This document shows, one piece after another, positions 9,812 through 18,849 of a DNA stretch of 63,498 nucleotides. Position 1 is the stretch's first letter; every line of letters begins with the position of its first letter. Under the pieces are notes generated by a model. It was not told the origin of the DNA and ran no database searches. It saw nothing but the letters and a program-made list of their open reading frames with translations. The position numbers and the translations under genes are program-made. The stretch comes from a virus (Duplodnaviria; Caudoviricetes): IMG/VR virus record IMGVR_UViG_3300025430_000019, positions 1-63,498 of that record. One strand, given 5' to 3'.

Positions 9812-10234
9812 CTACGTTATCGTTACAGAATTTACCGTGCCATTTGCAACCAAATAGTTTGGCGTTAACTTTCTATCAAACCCACTAGCCCCACCTACTG
9901 GACGCCAGCCCCACTGAATAACTCGACTTCCAGTCTCTGGATACCCAACTTCATTCAATGTGTTTAGCACGCCATTTTGGGTTTGCAAACCACTGTTACC
10001 GGAACCATAATAACTTATATCAGGTCTTGGCTCACGAACCGCTTGCGGATCGTTAACTGGATACATACCCAATTGTAGTTGTGGATGATCTGGGTCCCAA
10101 CATTCTCTGCAAACTTTAATCGAATAAGGTTTGGTTTTTATTGTCTCTTTTTTAAGCTCTACAAGTTTGTATCGTTGACCGCATCTGTCACATTCAGCAA
10201 TCGCAAACTTGCCAGAAGAATACTTACTTGGCAT
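9812..10234 (-). CDS. Zinc-finger morphogenesis protein
   Basis: CDRC...CRECWDPDHPQ. Confidence 0.6.
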   Translation of the reverse strand: MPSKYSSGKFAIAECDRCGQRYKLVELKKETIKTKPYSIKVCRECWDPDHPQLQLGMYPVNDPQAVREPRPDISYYGSGNSGLQTQNGVLNTLNEVGYPETGSRVIQWGWRPVGGASGFDRKLTPNYLVANGTVNSVTIT

Positions 10235-10236
10235 GG

Positions 10237-11169
10237 CTACCTCGAATAGAAGATGTTCCTAGGAACCCAACGAATCGGGGCAGTTTCTCTGTCTTCAGTA
10301 GCCGCTAAATTAAACTGATCCTCGTAATCTTGTTTAAGCATCATTACCCGATTTGGGTCAACTTCAGGCTTTTTAACGCTTATAAAATAAGCAAGCCCAG
10401 CCACAAAACAGTTAATAAACCTAAACGGTATATCCTGGATATTTACTCCACCGCCTGCATCTTGAATACGCCTCATGCGCCAATATACAAGTGTGTATGG
10501 GCCACCACCTGAATCTGGCGTGGGCCAAACGGTCAGGTTAGGAAGATATTGTATTGTTACAACTGCACCTGCAGTATGCGCTGCAGCGGTTGTTCCGTTT
10601 TGACCACGGTAACAGTTAACAATTTGGTTACCGCTAATATTAGCGTACCCAATAATTTCATTATCTAGCTGAATATACCCAGAAGACCGTAAGTTCTGGG
10701 TAGTGCTTAATGTTAAAGTCGTGTCTGTTGCAAGGCAAGTACTTGCAAGAGTTATAGTTGTTGTGTCTGAATTGCCAGTTTGGCGGTTATACCAAACTTG
10801 GATTGGGCGCCCAGTCGTTAATTTATTAGGTATAGTGGAATAGGTACTTTCACTAATACGGCTTAAATTAATGTCAGATTGATTAGAGGGGCTAGTATTA
10901 CTTGTACGGGTTACAAGATCAAGAATATCAATAGTATCAACTGGAACATTGTAAAAGGCTTGCCCCGTAACTAGGGGGATTACGCATTCTTCAACAGTCC
11001 AAAGATTAATACCGCGGTTTGACCACTCAATGGTCATAAGATTTATTGACCTACGCGCCGTGCGTAAGTCGTATCCAGACCGCATCTGAAGACCGCAACG
11101 CTCATACGACTCCTCGACTAACTCGGTGAGATCTAAATTAAACGCTGTGGTTCCAGATGTTTGTGCCAT
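10237..11169 (-). CDS. Head-tail adaptor-like protein (P22 gp4-like) with inserted beta domain
   Basis: EESYERCG...YDLRTARRSINL...W.NRGINLWT; position. Confidence 0.55.
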   Translation of the reverse strand: MAQTSGTTAFNLDLTELVEESYERCGLQMRSGYDLRTARRSINLMTIEWSNRGINLWTVEECVIPLVTGQAFYNVPVDTIDILDLVTRTSNTSPSNQSDINLSRISESTYSTIPNKLTTGRPIQVWYNRQTGNSDTTTITLASTCLATDTTLTLSTTQNLRSSGYIQLDNEIIGYANISGNQIVNCYRGQNGTTAAAHTAGAVVTIQYLPNLTVWPTPDSGGGPYTLVYWRMRRIQDAGGGVNIQDIPFRFINCFVAGLAYFISVKKPEVDPNRVMMLKQDYEDQFNLAATEDRETAPIRWVPRNIFYSR

Positions 11170-11171
11170 TA

Positions 11172-11474
11172 TTAATTGGCTTTATTAGATGCTGATTGTT
11201 CTTGAGCAACAGTCTGTGGAGCTTCAACTACTGGGGCTACAACTGGAGCAGCCACAATTACTGGGGCTTCTACTGTCGCAACTGGAGCCACTACTGGGCC
11301 TTCAATTACTGGAGCAGCAGGTTGTGCAATATCAAGGTGCTCTTCCAACTTAGCCAATAAGGCTTGAGTTTCTTGAGTTATTGCGCCGTGAGCAGCCTCT
11401 TGAGAAGCGGCTACATGCTTAATCAAAGCATATAAATGCTCAACGTTTGCTTCGATGTGTTTGAGTAAACTCAT
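11172..11474 (-). CDS. Hypothetical protein with Ala/Pro/Val-rich tail
   Basis: APVVAPV repeats; coupled ORF. Confidence 0.6.
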   Translation of the reverse strand: MSLLKHIEANVEHLYALIKHVAASQEAAHGAITQETQALLAKLEEHLDIAQPAAPVIEGPVVAPVATVEAPVIVAAPVVAPVVEAPQTVAQEQSASNKAN

Positions 11475-11725
11475 TTTTTCTTCCTTGTTTTGGCTGATTT
11501 AATAAAATCTTGTTTAGTAGGGGCGCCTTTTGCCCCTGGCTTTCTCATTTTTTCTTTTGAACCATGCTTAATCCGGTCTTGCTTTGCATGGATATTGGCA
11601 TAAAGTCCGATAGGTCCGCCGCTTTTGTATACCTCAACATCATTTGGATTGTCCTTTCGAACAATCTTCTTTTTATCAGGCATTTTGGACGGATTTACTG
11701 CACCCATCCCACGGCTGGCCATCAT
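11471..11725 (-). CDS. Small basic protein
   Basis: MMASRGMGAVNPSK...GLYANIHAK...MRKPGAKGAPT. Confidence 0.65.
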   Translation of the reverse strand: MMASRGMGAVNPSKMPDKKKIVRKDNPNDVEVYKSGGPIGLYANIHAKQDRIKHGSKEKMRKPGAKGAPTKQDFIKSAKTRKKK

Positions 11726-11913
11726 TTCTTTTTAGCCATTCCACCACCGCACATAGCTTTGACGTGCTCGTGGTGTTTCATGTGACCAGCAGCATGTTCG
11801 CCGTATACTTTGTGATGGTGAACATGACCACCGTCTTCCATTTTTTCCATCATATGCACGTTATGTGTATGAGCTGGAGTTGCTTCCTTCATCATTGGTA
11901 CTTCGCGTTCCAT
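11722..11913 (-). CDS. Small His-rich protein
   Basis: HVHHHK, HMKHHEH; GGAG SD. Confidence 0.6.
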   Translation of the reverse strand: MEREVPMMKEATPAHTHNVHMMEKMEDGGHVHHHKVYGEHAAGHMKHHEHVKAMCGGGMAKKK

Positions 11914-11922
11914 AATTACTCC

Positions 11923-12516
11923 TTAACAAAATTTACCACGGGTTTTGCCTTTTTGAGCAATACCATCTGCACGAGCTGAAGCTGTTCCGCCAGAAGCCAT
12001 CTTCTTAACAGTTTTGCCGCCACGTTTCATTCCGGTGTCGCTACCTGCCATTTTTTCTTCGAGGTCACGAGTATGTCCACGTTTTTGAAGTTTGGACTCA
12101 CCGAATTTACCATGTTTGTTTGATCCTTTTTCTACGTCTTCTGACATAGTTTTAGGACCCATAGTTTCACCACCTTTAGCCATTTTTTTCATAGATCCAC
12201 CTTTTTTCATACCAGGAGTTGGGGCCATACCGCCCATACCAGCTTGAGGTGGCATAGGAGCTTCAGCCATTGCAGGAGCAGGAGCGCCCATTTCTGGAGC
12301 AGCTGCAGGACGACGTTTAGCTGCGATCATTGCAGCTACCATTTTTGGGTTAATTTTTGACTTGGGCATATCACCACCTTTTGAGAACTTCTTACTTTTA
12401 TCAGCATCGCTGAAATCTTTCCCAACAGATTGTGGGATACCTACCTTTTTAGCAAACGCTGGGTTGTGCGCCACCGCCGCCATTAAGTTATGTTGAGCTT
12501 TGGACTTACTTGGCAT
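11923..12516 (-). CDS. Basic low-complexity protein with xxKGG repeats
   Basis: MPSKSKAQHNLMAAVAHNP; FSKGG/MKKGG/MAKGG/MKRGG/MASGG; ADGIAQKGKTRG. Confidence 0.65.
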   Translation of the reverse strand: MPSKSKAQHNLMAAVAHNPAFAKKVGIPQSVGKDFSDADKSKKFSKGGDMPKSKINPKMVAAMIAAKRRPAAAPEMGAPAPAMAEAPMPPQAGMGGMAPTPGMKKGGSMKKMAKGGETMGPKTMSEDVEKGSNKHGKFGESKLQKRGHTRDLEEKMAGSDTGMKRGGKTVKKMASGGTASARADGIAQKGKTRGKFC

Positions 12517-12691
12517 CTTTCTTTACCAACTTCTGAACTGTATCAGTTTCCCAAATACGAATTATTAAATACACCAATGATAAAACACTTGTTATAAAAA
12601 ACACGGTAGGCTCCATCCAACCCATCATTCCAAGGAACGTAGTTGTAACAGCAGCTCCATCAGCCATTTCTTTTACATCATGTCCATTCAT
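12506..12691 (-). CDS. Small membrane protein (holin-like)
   Basis: Hydrophobic segment followed by IRIWETDTVQ. Confidence 0.5.
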   Translation of the reverse strand: MNGHDVKEMADGAAVTTTFLGMMGWMEPTVFFITSVLSLVYLIIRIWETDTVQKLVKKDAK

Positions 12692-13338
12692 AAATATTTA
12701 CCCCTTGTATGTCCTCTCGATGCAATACCATCAGCGCGTTTAGAAGCATGTGAGCGAACTTTACCACCTCTACGCATATTTTCGCTACTGGGTTCTTTTG
12801 GCTTACCTATGTCATCTCTTGGGCCAGAATTAGATTCAGATGCGGTTTTAGACTTTAAACCTGGCATAGACCCAGATATTGACTTGCTTTCTAAATCACC
12901 CCGTGCAATGCGGTCTTTAGATTCTTTAGAAAGTTCTACTTTTTCGCTGGGGGCTGTTGCTTTATCAATTAAAGCACTTACGCCGGGATGTGCATTTCTT
13001 AAAGTTTCGTATGTTACTTTTCCAATAGAGCCTTCAGGCCTATCTTTTGTAGCGCGTTCAATAGCATTACCAATTTCATTTCCAGCGTCATAAGCAAGTC
13101 CAGCTGCACCAGCTCTATTAGCTGATCTTAATACAGAACGCCCACCAGCTTCTTGCTGTTGCTGTCTATTCCAGCTATTTTGAGCGTCGGAATTTAATCC
13201 TTTTTTAATGCGTTCTATATCATCTTTAATACCACTAAGATCTTCTTTAGGGTTAGGAACAATATCTTTAGCATTTGTCTTGCCAGAAGATTTAAAAGGT
13301 TCCATACCTTCTGGAGCTGATTTATTTAAACGTCCCAT
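12688..13338 (-). CDS. Hypothetical protein with C-terminal ADGIASRGHTRG motif
   Basis: Shares C-terminal motif with 11923-12516. Confidence 0.6.
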   Translation of the reverse strand: MGRLNKSAPEGMEPFKSSGKTNAKDIVPNPKEDLSGIKDDIERIKKGLNSDAQNSWNRQQQQEAGGRSVLRSANRAGAAGLAYDAGNEIGNAIERATKDRPEGSIGKVTYETLRNAHPGVSALIDKATAPSEKVELSKESKDRIARGDLESKSISGSMPGLKSKTASESNSGPRDDIGKPKEPSSENMRRGGKVRSHASKRADGIASRGHTRGKYL

Positions 13339-13339
13339 A

Positions 13340-13585
13340 TTAGCACTTCCAAGCTTTAAGAGATTTGTTAATTCTGCTATCTGGATCGTTCTTTTTCTTT
13401 TCGCCAGTTAACTTCTTTTTCATGCCTTCCATTCTGGCACAGAACGAATCTTTTCTTGAACCGCCTTCAGGTTGTGGGGGTTTCAAGTTATGTCCTTCTT
13501 TTTTAGCAGAAGCTCGCCCCTTAGCATTTAAACCGCCATTTGGGTTTTTACCTTCTTTGCGTTGCCATGCTGGGGACTTAGCCAT
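13340..13585 (-). CDS. Conserved small basic phage protein (DUF6321-like)
   Basis: MAKSPAWQRKEGKNPNGGLNAKGRAS...SFCARM...SLKAWKC. Confidence 0.65.
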   Translation of the reverse strand: MAKSPAWQRKEGKNPNGGLNAKGRASAKKEGHNLKPPQPEGGSRKDSFCARMEGMKKKLTGEKKKNDPDSRINKSLKAWKC

Positions 13586-14361
13586 TATGTATTTCCTGCG
13601 TCTGCTGCGTTTTTAATCAGATAACCTTCTTGCGAAACTGTCAAAGCCGCAGTACCGGTACTAACTTTTGCTTGCAATTGAATGTCTGTTTTTTCCGGTA
13701 CAGCCCTAGGCATTACTCGCTGTGTATGGTAGTTGTTTGTAAACGGAGCCACAATAGTAACAGTCGGTACACCTGTGCTACTTGTTTGGTAGTTTTGATA
13801 CGTTGCAAAACCTGCGGGGTTGGCGTTTAAGCTGGTGTTAATATCAATCCGGCTTAAATAGAACGTATATCCGGCAGGCACAGTGTAAATGCCCATCAAA
13901 GTGCGGCCATTACCCGCCGCAATCTCTGCATACAATGTTGTATCTGATGTGTCTTTTAACGTAATATTACCAGTAGGAGCGCCACTAGCTACTGACATAC
14001 TGTTGATACGGAAATAAGACTTAACCGTAGTTACAGCCGTTGTACCGTTAAGTTTTATGTTTTCAGAAATTTGGTTGTAGTTTGCGTCTAAACCGTTAAT
14101 AGTTATTAACGAAGTTGCATCTGCGCCAGTGTTAACAGAACTAACAAGGTGCATTTGAATAGCAGATGACGGGAAAGTATAGGAGGTATTACCTTCCCAC
14201 ACAGGCACAAACGATGTACCTACCGCTGTTTGATAACCATAAATGTTTAAAACACTATGTCCATATACTTGACCACGAGCTACTTGTAGGTCAAATGGTT
14301 CCGTCTTGTTTTGACGTGTTGATGACGATATTATGCCGCCGCTAGATAACGATGTTGCCAT
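13585..14361 (-). CDS. Putative virion beta-sandwich protein
   Basis: Intact ORF with AAGGAG SD; PFDLQVARG...YTVPAGYTFYL. Confidence 0.6.
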   Translation of the reverse strand: MATSLSSGGIISSSTRQNKTEPFDLQVARGQVYGHSVLNIYGYQTAVGTSFVPVWEGNTSYTFPSSAIQMHLVSSVNTGADATSLITINGLDANYNQISENIKLNGTTAVTTVKSYFRINSMSVASGAPTGNITLKDTSDTTLYAEIAAGNGRTLMGIYTVPAGYTFYLSRIDINTSLNANPAGFATYQNYQTSSTGVPTVTIVAPFTNNYHTQRVMPRAVPEKTDIQLQAKVSTGTAALTVSQEGYLIKNAADAGNT

Positions 14362-14380
14362 GAATAATCTCCTTAAAGGT

Positions 14381-14404
14381 TAAAGATAGGGGCCGAAGCC
14401 CCTA
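14381..14404 (-). terminator. Putative intrinsic terminator
   Basis: TAGGGGC-TTCG-GCCCCTA hairpin followed by TCTTT on minus strand. Confidence 0.6.
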
Positions 14405-14408
14405 GAGA

Positions 14409-15110
14409 TTAGTCAAAGTTACCGTATGGGTAAGCTGAGCTTGTACCAATGTTCATGTCATTTTGGTTGTAACGCATTGTTACCTCAATTTGACCTGATG
14501 TTGGAGTTGTTAAGCCAGTGTTAGTAATTTTAAGTGTTACAACAACTTGACCAAACCATGCTGGATCTGTACCAACTTGTGGGTTTTGGAAGTCTTGTAA
14601 TGTTGCACTAGCATAAGGCAATTGTGAGCCAACATAAGTTGCTGTTCCACGAGTAGCTGAAGTGATTGCAGCCATCGTAGCATATACACCAGTAGATGTA
14701 GCAAAGTTGTTAGAAACATAAGGCTGAATTGAATTAGCTGTTACGCTTCCATCAGTTGGCAATGTGCCAACGTCAACGATCACATCAGTGATATTGCAAG
14801 AATAAGGAATATAGAAAACTACGCCGCGATAAATAGTGCCTGTAGCGTCAGCAGTTGGGGCAGAAGCTTTAGTAGGTCCGCTATTGCTAAATACGCCAGC
14901 TTGTGGAGTATAAATAGTAGCAATGCTGTTTGGGATGTTATTAGATGCAACAAAAATACCAGAACCGCCACCGTAGTTAGCAGTGTTAGGTGTTGTTACA
15001 GAAAAATCTAATAGGGCCGTTTGAACGAGGTCTGTATAACCTACATCACGAATTGGGCCAAAACGATTTTGCCCAGATAGGATTGGGCCGGAGAATGTGG
15101 AACGTGCCAT
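14409..15110 (-). CDS. Putative capsid-associated protein
   Basis: MARSTFSGPI N-terminus; directly downstream of major capsid gene. Confidence 0.6.
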   Translation of the reverse strand: MARSTFSGPILSGQNRFGPIRDVGYTDLVQTALLDFSVTTPNTANYGGGSGIFVASNNIPNSIATIYTPQAGVFSNSGPTKASAPTADATGTIYRGVVFYIPYSCNITDVIVDVGTLPTDGSVTANSIQPYVSNNFATSTGVYATMAAITSATRGTATYVGSQLPYASATLQDFQNPQVGTDPAWFGQVVVTLKITNTGLTTPTSGQIEVTMRYNQNDMNIGTSSAYPYGNFD

Positions 15111-15118
15111 GACAAATG

Positions 15119-15193
15119 TCCTTATGCAAAAGTTACCTTGTTAATCGTTGCATCGTCTGCTGGGCCAGTGGCAACAAGGTGGAATTCCCAGAT
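15119..15193 (-). ncRNA. Putative structured 5' leader RNA (three interleaved helices)
   Basis: CTGGG/CCCAG, ACCTTGTT/AACAAGGT and ATGCAA/TTGCAT pairings; last strand abuts SD AAGGA. Confidence 0.55.
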
Positions 15194-15199
15194 AACTGA

Positions 15200-15227
15200 A
15201 ATATACACTAAAAAATACAAAAGTCAA
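15200..15227 (-). promoter_or_regulatory. Sigma70-type promoter
   Basis: TTGACT-16nt-TATATT right after the capsid-gene terminator. Confidence 0.6.
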
Positions 15228-15254
15228 TAAAAATGGGAGCCGAAGCCCCCATTT
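15228..15254 (-). terminator. Intrinsic terminator after major capsid gene
   Basis: ATGGGGGC-TTCG-GCTCCCAT then TTTT. Confidence 0.8.
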
Positions 15255-15258
15255 ATTT

Positions 15259-16161
15259 TTAGTAGGAACCGTAGATTCCTAATGGATCAGACCAGCCAAA
15301 GCTGTAACGCTCACGAGACTTGTAACGAACATTACCGGTATCGAAGTCCCCGTCCATAGAATTTTGCAATGGTGTACGAACGAAGTGCTTGAGACCGTTA
15401 GGTACGTCAGTTGTCAAGAACCAAGCATTGGTAGCTGTCAAGAAGTGGTTAATTGTATAACCTTCTGGAACAGAACCGTTGTTCTTGATTGCGTTGATGT
15501 CGTTGTTGTTTGTACCAACACGGAGTTCAGTATCGAGCAAACGTGTTGCAACGAACTGGAGTGCTGGAGGAACAACCAATTTCTTAGGTTTAGCAGCGAT
15601 CAAGAGGCCACGCTCATCTGTCCATGCAGCGATCTGAATAACAGCATTTTCAAGGGCTGTTTCGTTCAAGTCAGCAGGAGTAGAAGGAGTGTTAGCGTTA
15701 GTACCACCGTTAACGAGTGGGTGTGCTATGTTAAGTAAAGAAACACCATCACCACCAGCATAAGCAGCGTTGAATGCGTTGTTTAGAACAGCGGCTGCTT
15801 TAACTTGCTTGGTGTAAGCCATAGCACGAGCTAGACCTTTTGTATAACGCGCAGACAATGAGTCATACAAGTTATCCTCAATAGCCTCTTCTGTTAAGGA
15901 GAAGCCAAGAGCGATTGTCTCGTGGTTATAGCGGGCTGTCCATGCTTCTTGAGCATTGTCATAAGCGATGGCGTTGCCCTCGGCCTTAACAGGTGCTGCA
16001 GAGAAACCTGACAGTTTTGTTTCTTCTTCGAATGAACGCTCAGAGGTCTCTGTTTCATAGATCTCTTTGTGTTCTTCGCCGTAGCGTGCGTACTCTAATC
16101 CAAACAATGCGTTCAGTCCAGGGAGCAGCTCTTTGAGCAGTTGTGCGCGTGAAATTGCCAT
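15259..16161 (-). CDS. Major capsid protein
   Basis: MAISRAQLLKELLPGLNALFG...ETIALGFSLTEEAIEDNLY...RYKSRERYSFGWSDP; biased codon usage; followed by terminator. Confidence 0.9.
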   Translation of the reverse strand: MAISRAQLLKELLPGLNALFGLEYARYGEEHKEIYETETSERSFEEETKLSGFSAAPVKAEGNAIAYDNAQEAWTARYNHETIALGFSLTEEAIEDNLYDSLSARYTKGLARAMAYTKQVKAAAVLNNAFNAAYAGGDGVSLLNIAHPLVNGGTNANTPSTPADLNETALENAVIQIAAWTDERGLLIAAKPKKLVVPPALQFVATRLLDTELRVGTNNNDINAIKNNGSVPEGYTINHFLTATNAWFLTTDVPNGLKHFVRTPLQNSMDGDFDTGNVRYKSRERYSFGWSDPLGIYGSY

Positions 16162-16174
16162 TTTATGTTACTCC

Positions 16175-17011
16175 TTAAACAGCGGTTGCAGTGTAATACT
16201 CATGTATACCGAAATTCAATTTAACAAGAACTTCAGGATAGTTTGTAAACACAATGGTTGATGCGGAAGGAATAGCTGTTACGCCACCCGGTACTGCTGG
16301 AGCTACGTTTAAAGTTCCAGATGTTGCGCCGGCTGAAATAGCTGCGGTAACAAAAGATCCAGTTTCAATTAACTGTCCATTAGTTGCTAAGTAAGCTACG
16401 TCAGCACCTTGCAACACGTTGCCGTTAGGTCCGGTTGTCATAGTGATAGTAGTTGTGCTTGAGCTACCAACAGCAGAGTAAGATTGAGCTGTATCACGAA
16501 CAATATCAACAACGCGCACAGGGAATGTGTTTGTAGTCAAAGTTGCAGAGTAAAGCAATGCGTTAGCAGAGTCGCCAGTATTGACGTTACCAGTGTTGTT
16601 AATCATCTGGTAGTTTTGGCCAATCATGGGGATGCTTGCTGATGCAACAGTAGTTCCAGATGAGCAAACAACAGCTTTGAAAACTGTGTCAGGATCATCA
16701 CAAACAACTGCTTGTGCATCACCAGCTAAAGTGCTTGCAGGCCAGTATTGGCTGAAACGCTTTTGCTTAGTTACTGGGTCTGTATAGTTACAGCCAAGGA
16801 AAATACCAACCATGCCTGATGCACCGCCACCAGTAGAAACTGATTGACGTGTGATGAAGCCTTGGGCTAGTGCAACGAAATCGCCGTAAAAAATACTGGT
16901 AGCATAGCCGTACTGGATAGGCAACTGACGAGTTGATCCAGCAAAAACTTGTCCACCAATAAGATTTACAGGCTTTAGGCCGTAAGGGGCCGATACTGTA
17001 GGATATGCCAT
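16175..17011 (-). CDS. Capsid decoration / minor capsid protein
   Basis: APYGLKPV...IFYGDFV...GIFLGC.YTDP...DDPD; between scaffold and capsid genes. Confidence 0.6.
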   Translation of the reverse strand: MAYPTVSAPYGLKPVNLIGGQVFAGSTRQLPIQYGYATSIFYGDFVALAQGFITRQSVSTGGGASGMVGIFLGCNYTDPVTKQKRFSQYWPASTLAGDAQAVVCDDPDTVFKAVVCSSGTTVASASIPMIGQNYQMINNTGNVNTGDSANALLYSATLTTNTFPVRVVDIVRDTAQSYSAVGSSSTTTITMTTGPNGNVLQGADVAYLATNGQLIETGSFVTAAISAGATSGTLNVAPAVPGGVTAIPSASTIVFTNYPEVLVKLNFGIHEYYTATAV

Positions 17012-17027
17012 TTAAATCTCCAAAAAT

Positions 17028-17480
17028 TTATGAACCTTTTCCAAAGCTCACCTGCGTTTTGCCTTCTCTAAAGATCGGCATACGTGGGTCACTTTGACGC
17101 ATTAAATTGTTATCCACAGCTTCCGTCTGTTTCCGTGTTTGGTCAGCGTAGTAATCTTGCTGCTGTTGCACGAATTCTTCAGGTGTTTTGCAAAGTAACA
17201 ACCCGCCAATTTCAATGTTGCCTTTAAAGCGTCCATTGTCATCAACTAGCAGTTTGAATTTCGGTTGTTCCTCTACTGTCACAGGCTCCCAGCCTTCCCT
17301 CAGTCTTGAAGAAAGATTGCGGGGGTCCGCATTGTTCAGCATCGAAACACGAATCCATCTGTAAGCATAACCAGCCTGTTTGTCCGGCTCAGGTAAAAGT
17401 TCTGGTGGACGCCACTGCTTAGGGCGCTCAGTAAGTTCACGGTTATCTAGCTCACGGGTCAATCTTGTTTTGTCGGTCAT
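17028..17480 (-). CDS. Conserved head-morphogenesis protein
   Basis: WRPPELLP...YRWIR...REGWEPV...GGLLLCK. Confidence 0.6.
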   Translation of the reverse strand: MTDKTRLTRELDNRELTERPKQWRPPELLPEPDKQAGYAYRWIRVSMLNNADPRNLSSRLREGWEPVTVEEQPKFKLLVDDNGRFKGNIEIGGLLLCKTPEEFVQQQQDYYADQTRKQTEAVDNNLMRQSDPRMPIFREGKTQVSFGKGS

Positions 17481-17481
17481 G

Positions 17482-18432
17482 TTATAGCTCCAATTTTAAA
17501 AGTTCACGGGCGTACTGCTCATTAGTCAAACCAAGTCTTTTTGCGATAGCTTGTTGTGAGGTCTTTAACTTCACAGGCTGCTTTGCTGTGCTTCTGGTTG
17601 CAGACGCTACAACAGTGCTCGCTCTTCGACTCTGAGTTTTGGGTTCATTGTCTACTTCATCGACTTTAGTTTGAGGTTCCAAGGCTTCAAAATAGTCAGG
17701 GAACGCTTTGCGTACTGTTTTGTCCAGCCGCTCATAATACTGATCACTACCTATGAACTCTTTACCGTATTCGTCGGCAAGCTCTTCATGTACACCGAGT
17801 GCAAAAGCGGTCATAGATTTTTTACTTCCATACCACGGATTCTTTGCAGTCCAATTCTGAAGTTTGGGGTCAGTTGGACGTGCTTGTTCCTGCACTTGTG
17901 GCATTTGTACCTCATTTTCGAGGTTTTGTAAAGTAGGTCTGTAATTTTTCGCACTATTTAGTTTTAGTGTTGCGTCAGTCATACGCTGCTGAGCTTCAAT
18001 AATCTTGTCAGCTTCGCCTGTTTCTAACGCCTCCCTATACCCTCTTTTAGCGATTTCTACTGCCAATTCAGCCGCATTAGTGGCTGTAGACATGTATTCT
18101 TTCTCGCCAGAAGATAAAGTAGACCTAAGTCGCTTATTTTCTTCAAGAAGTTTTTGAGCAGCTTCAACAGCAGCTTGGCGCTCTCTAGTAGCGGCTTCTT
18201 TCTCACGACGCTCATCGTGCCAGACTTTCTTCATCTGGATAAGCTTTTCTTTAGCTTCTACGCTGTATTTATCTAGCTCATCTACTTCTAGCTTCTCAAC
18301 AATCTCTTTGGGCATAGGCTGGCGCCCACGGTCCTCGGGGGGAGTATCGTCTTCTAGTTCAATGTCTATTTCAACATCGGGTTTACCCTTATTTACAGGA
18401 TCTATCTCGTCTGGGAATTTGTATTGTTCCAT
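17482..18432 (-). CDS. Putative capsid scaffolding protein
   Basis: Acidic N-terminus, coiled coil, C-terminal AIAKRLGLTNEQYA; position. Confidence 0.6.
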   Translation of the reverse strand: MEQYKFPDEIDPVNKGKPDVEIDIELEDDTPPEDRGRQPMPKEIVEKLEVDELDKYSVEAKEKLIQMKKVWHDERREKEAATRERQAAVEAAQKLLEENKRLRSTLSSGEKEYMSTATNAAELAVEIAKRGYREALETGEADKIIEAQQRMTDATLKLNSAKNYRPTLQNLENEVQMPQVQEQARPTDPKLQNWTAKNPWYGSKKSMTAFALGVHEELADEYGKEFIGSDQYYERLDKTVRKAFPDYFEALEPQTKVDEVDNEPKTQSRRASTVVASATRSTAKQPVKLKTSQQAIAKRLGLTNEQYARELLKLEL

Positions 18433-18444
18433 TTTTGTTGGTCC

Positions 18445-18849
18445 TTAATTTTTACGTTTAATACCACGTGGATCATCGACCGTACCTTCGACTGTATCGT
18501 CGTTGATTAAGCGGAATTCTCTACCGTGAATGACTAAGCGAGTACCAGCATTGGGTCGTACAAGAATGAAGTCTCCTTGTTTGCACCAGGGTCCGGACGG
18601 AAATTTAGCAGTATCTTTATAAGCATCAGGTCCCATAGATACGACAAAGAGTACTGTTGTTAGCATCTCGTCAAATTGAATGGTCTGATCAGCTTTAATA
18701 ATACCGCTCTCGAACTCTTTTTCTTGTTCGGGAATTGCACACAGGATTTTGTAGCCTGCGGGTCTTGGTAATTGCTTAGCTTTTTCTTCTTCCGTTTTGT
18801 GAAAGATTCTGTCTAAGTCAACTGCCAAGGAGGGGTCGATTTTAGTCAT
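18445..18849 (-). CDS. groES: GroES-like co-chaperonin
   Basis: PAGYKIL...ESGII...VVSMGPDAY...GDFILV...GREFRLINDDTV. Confidence 0.75.
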   Translation of the reverse strand: MTKIDPSLAVDLDRIFHKTEEEKAKQLPRPAGYKILCAIPEQEKEFESGIIKADQTIQFDEMLTTVLFVVSMGPDAYKDTAKFPSGPWCKQGDFILVRPNAGTRLVIHGREFRLINDDTVEGTVDDPRGIKRKN

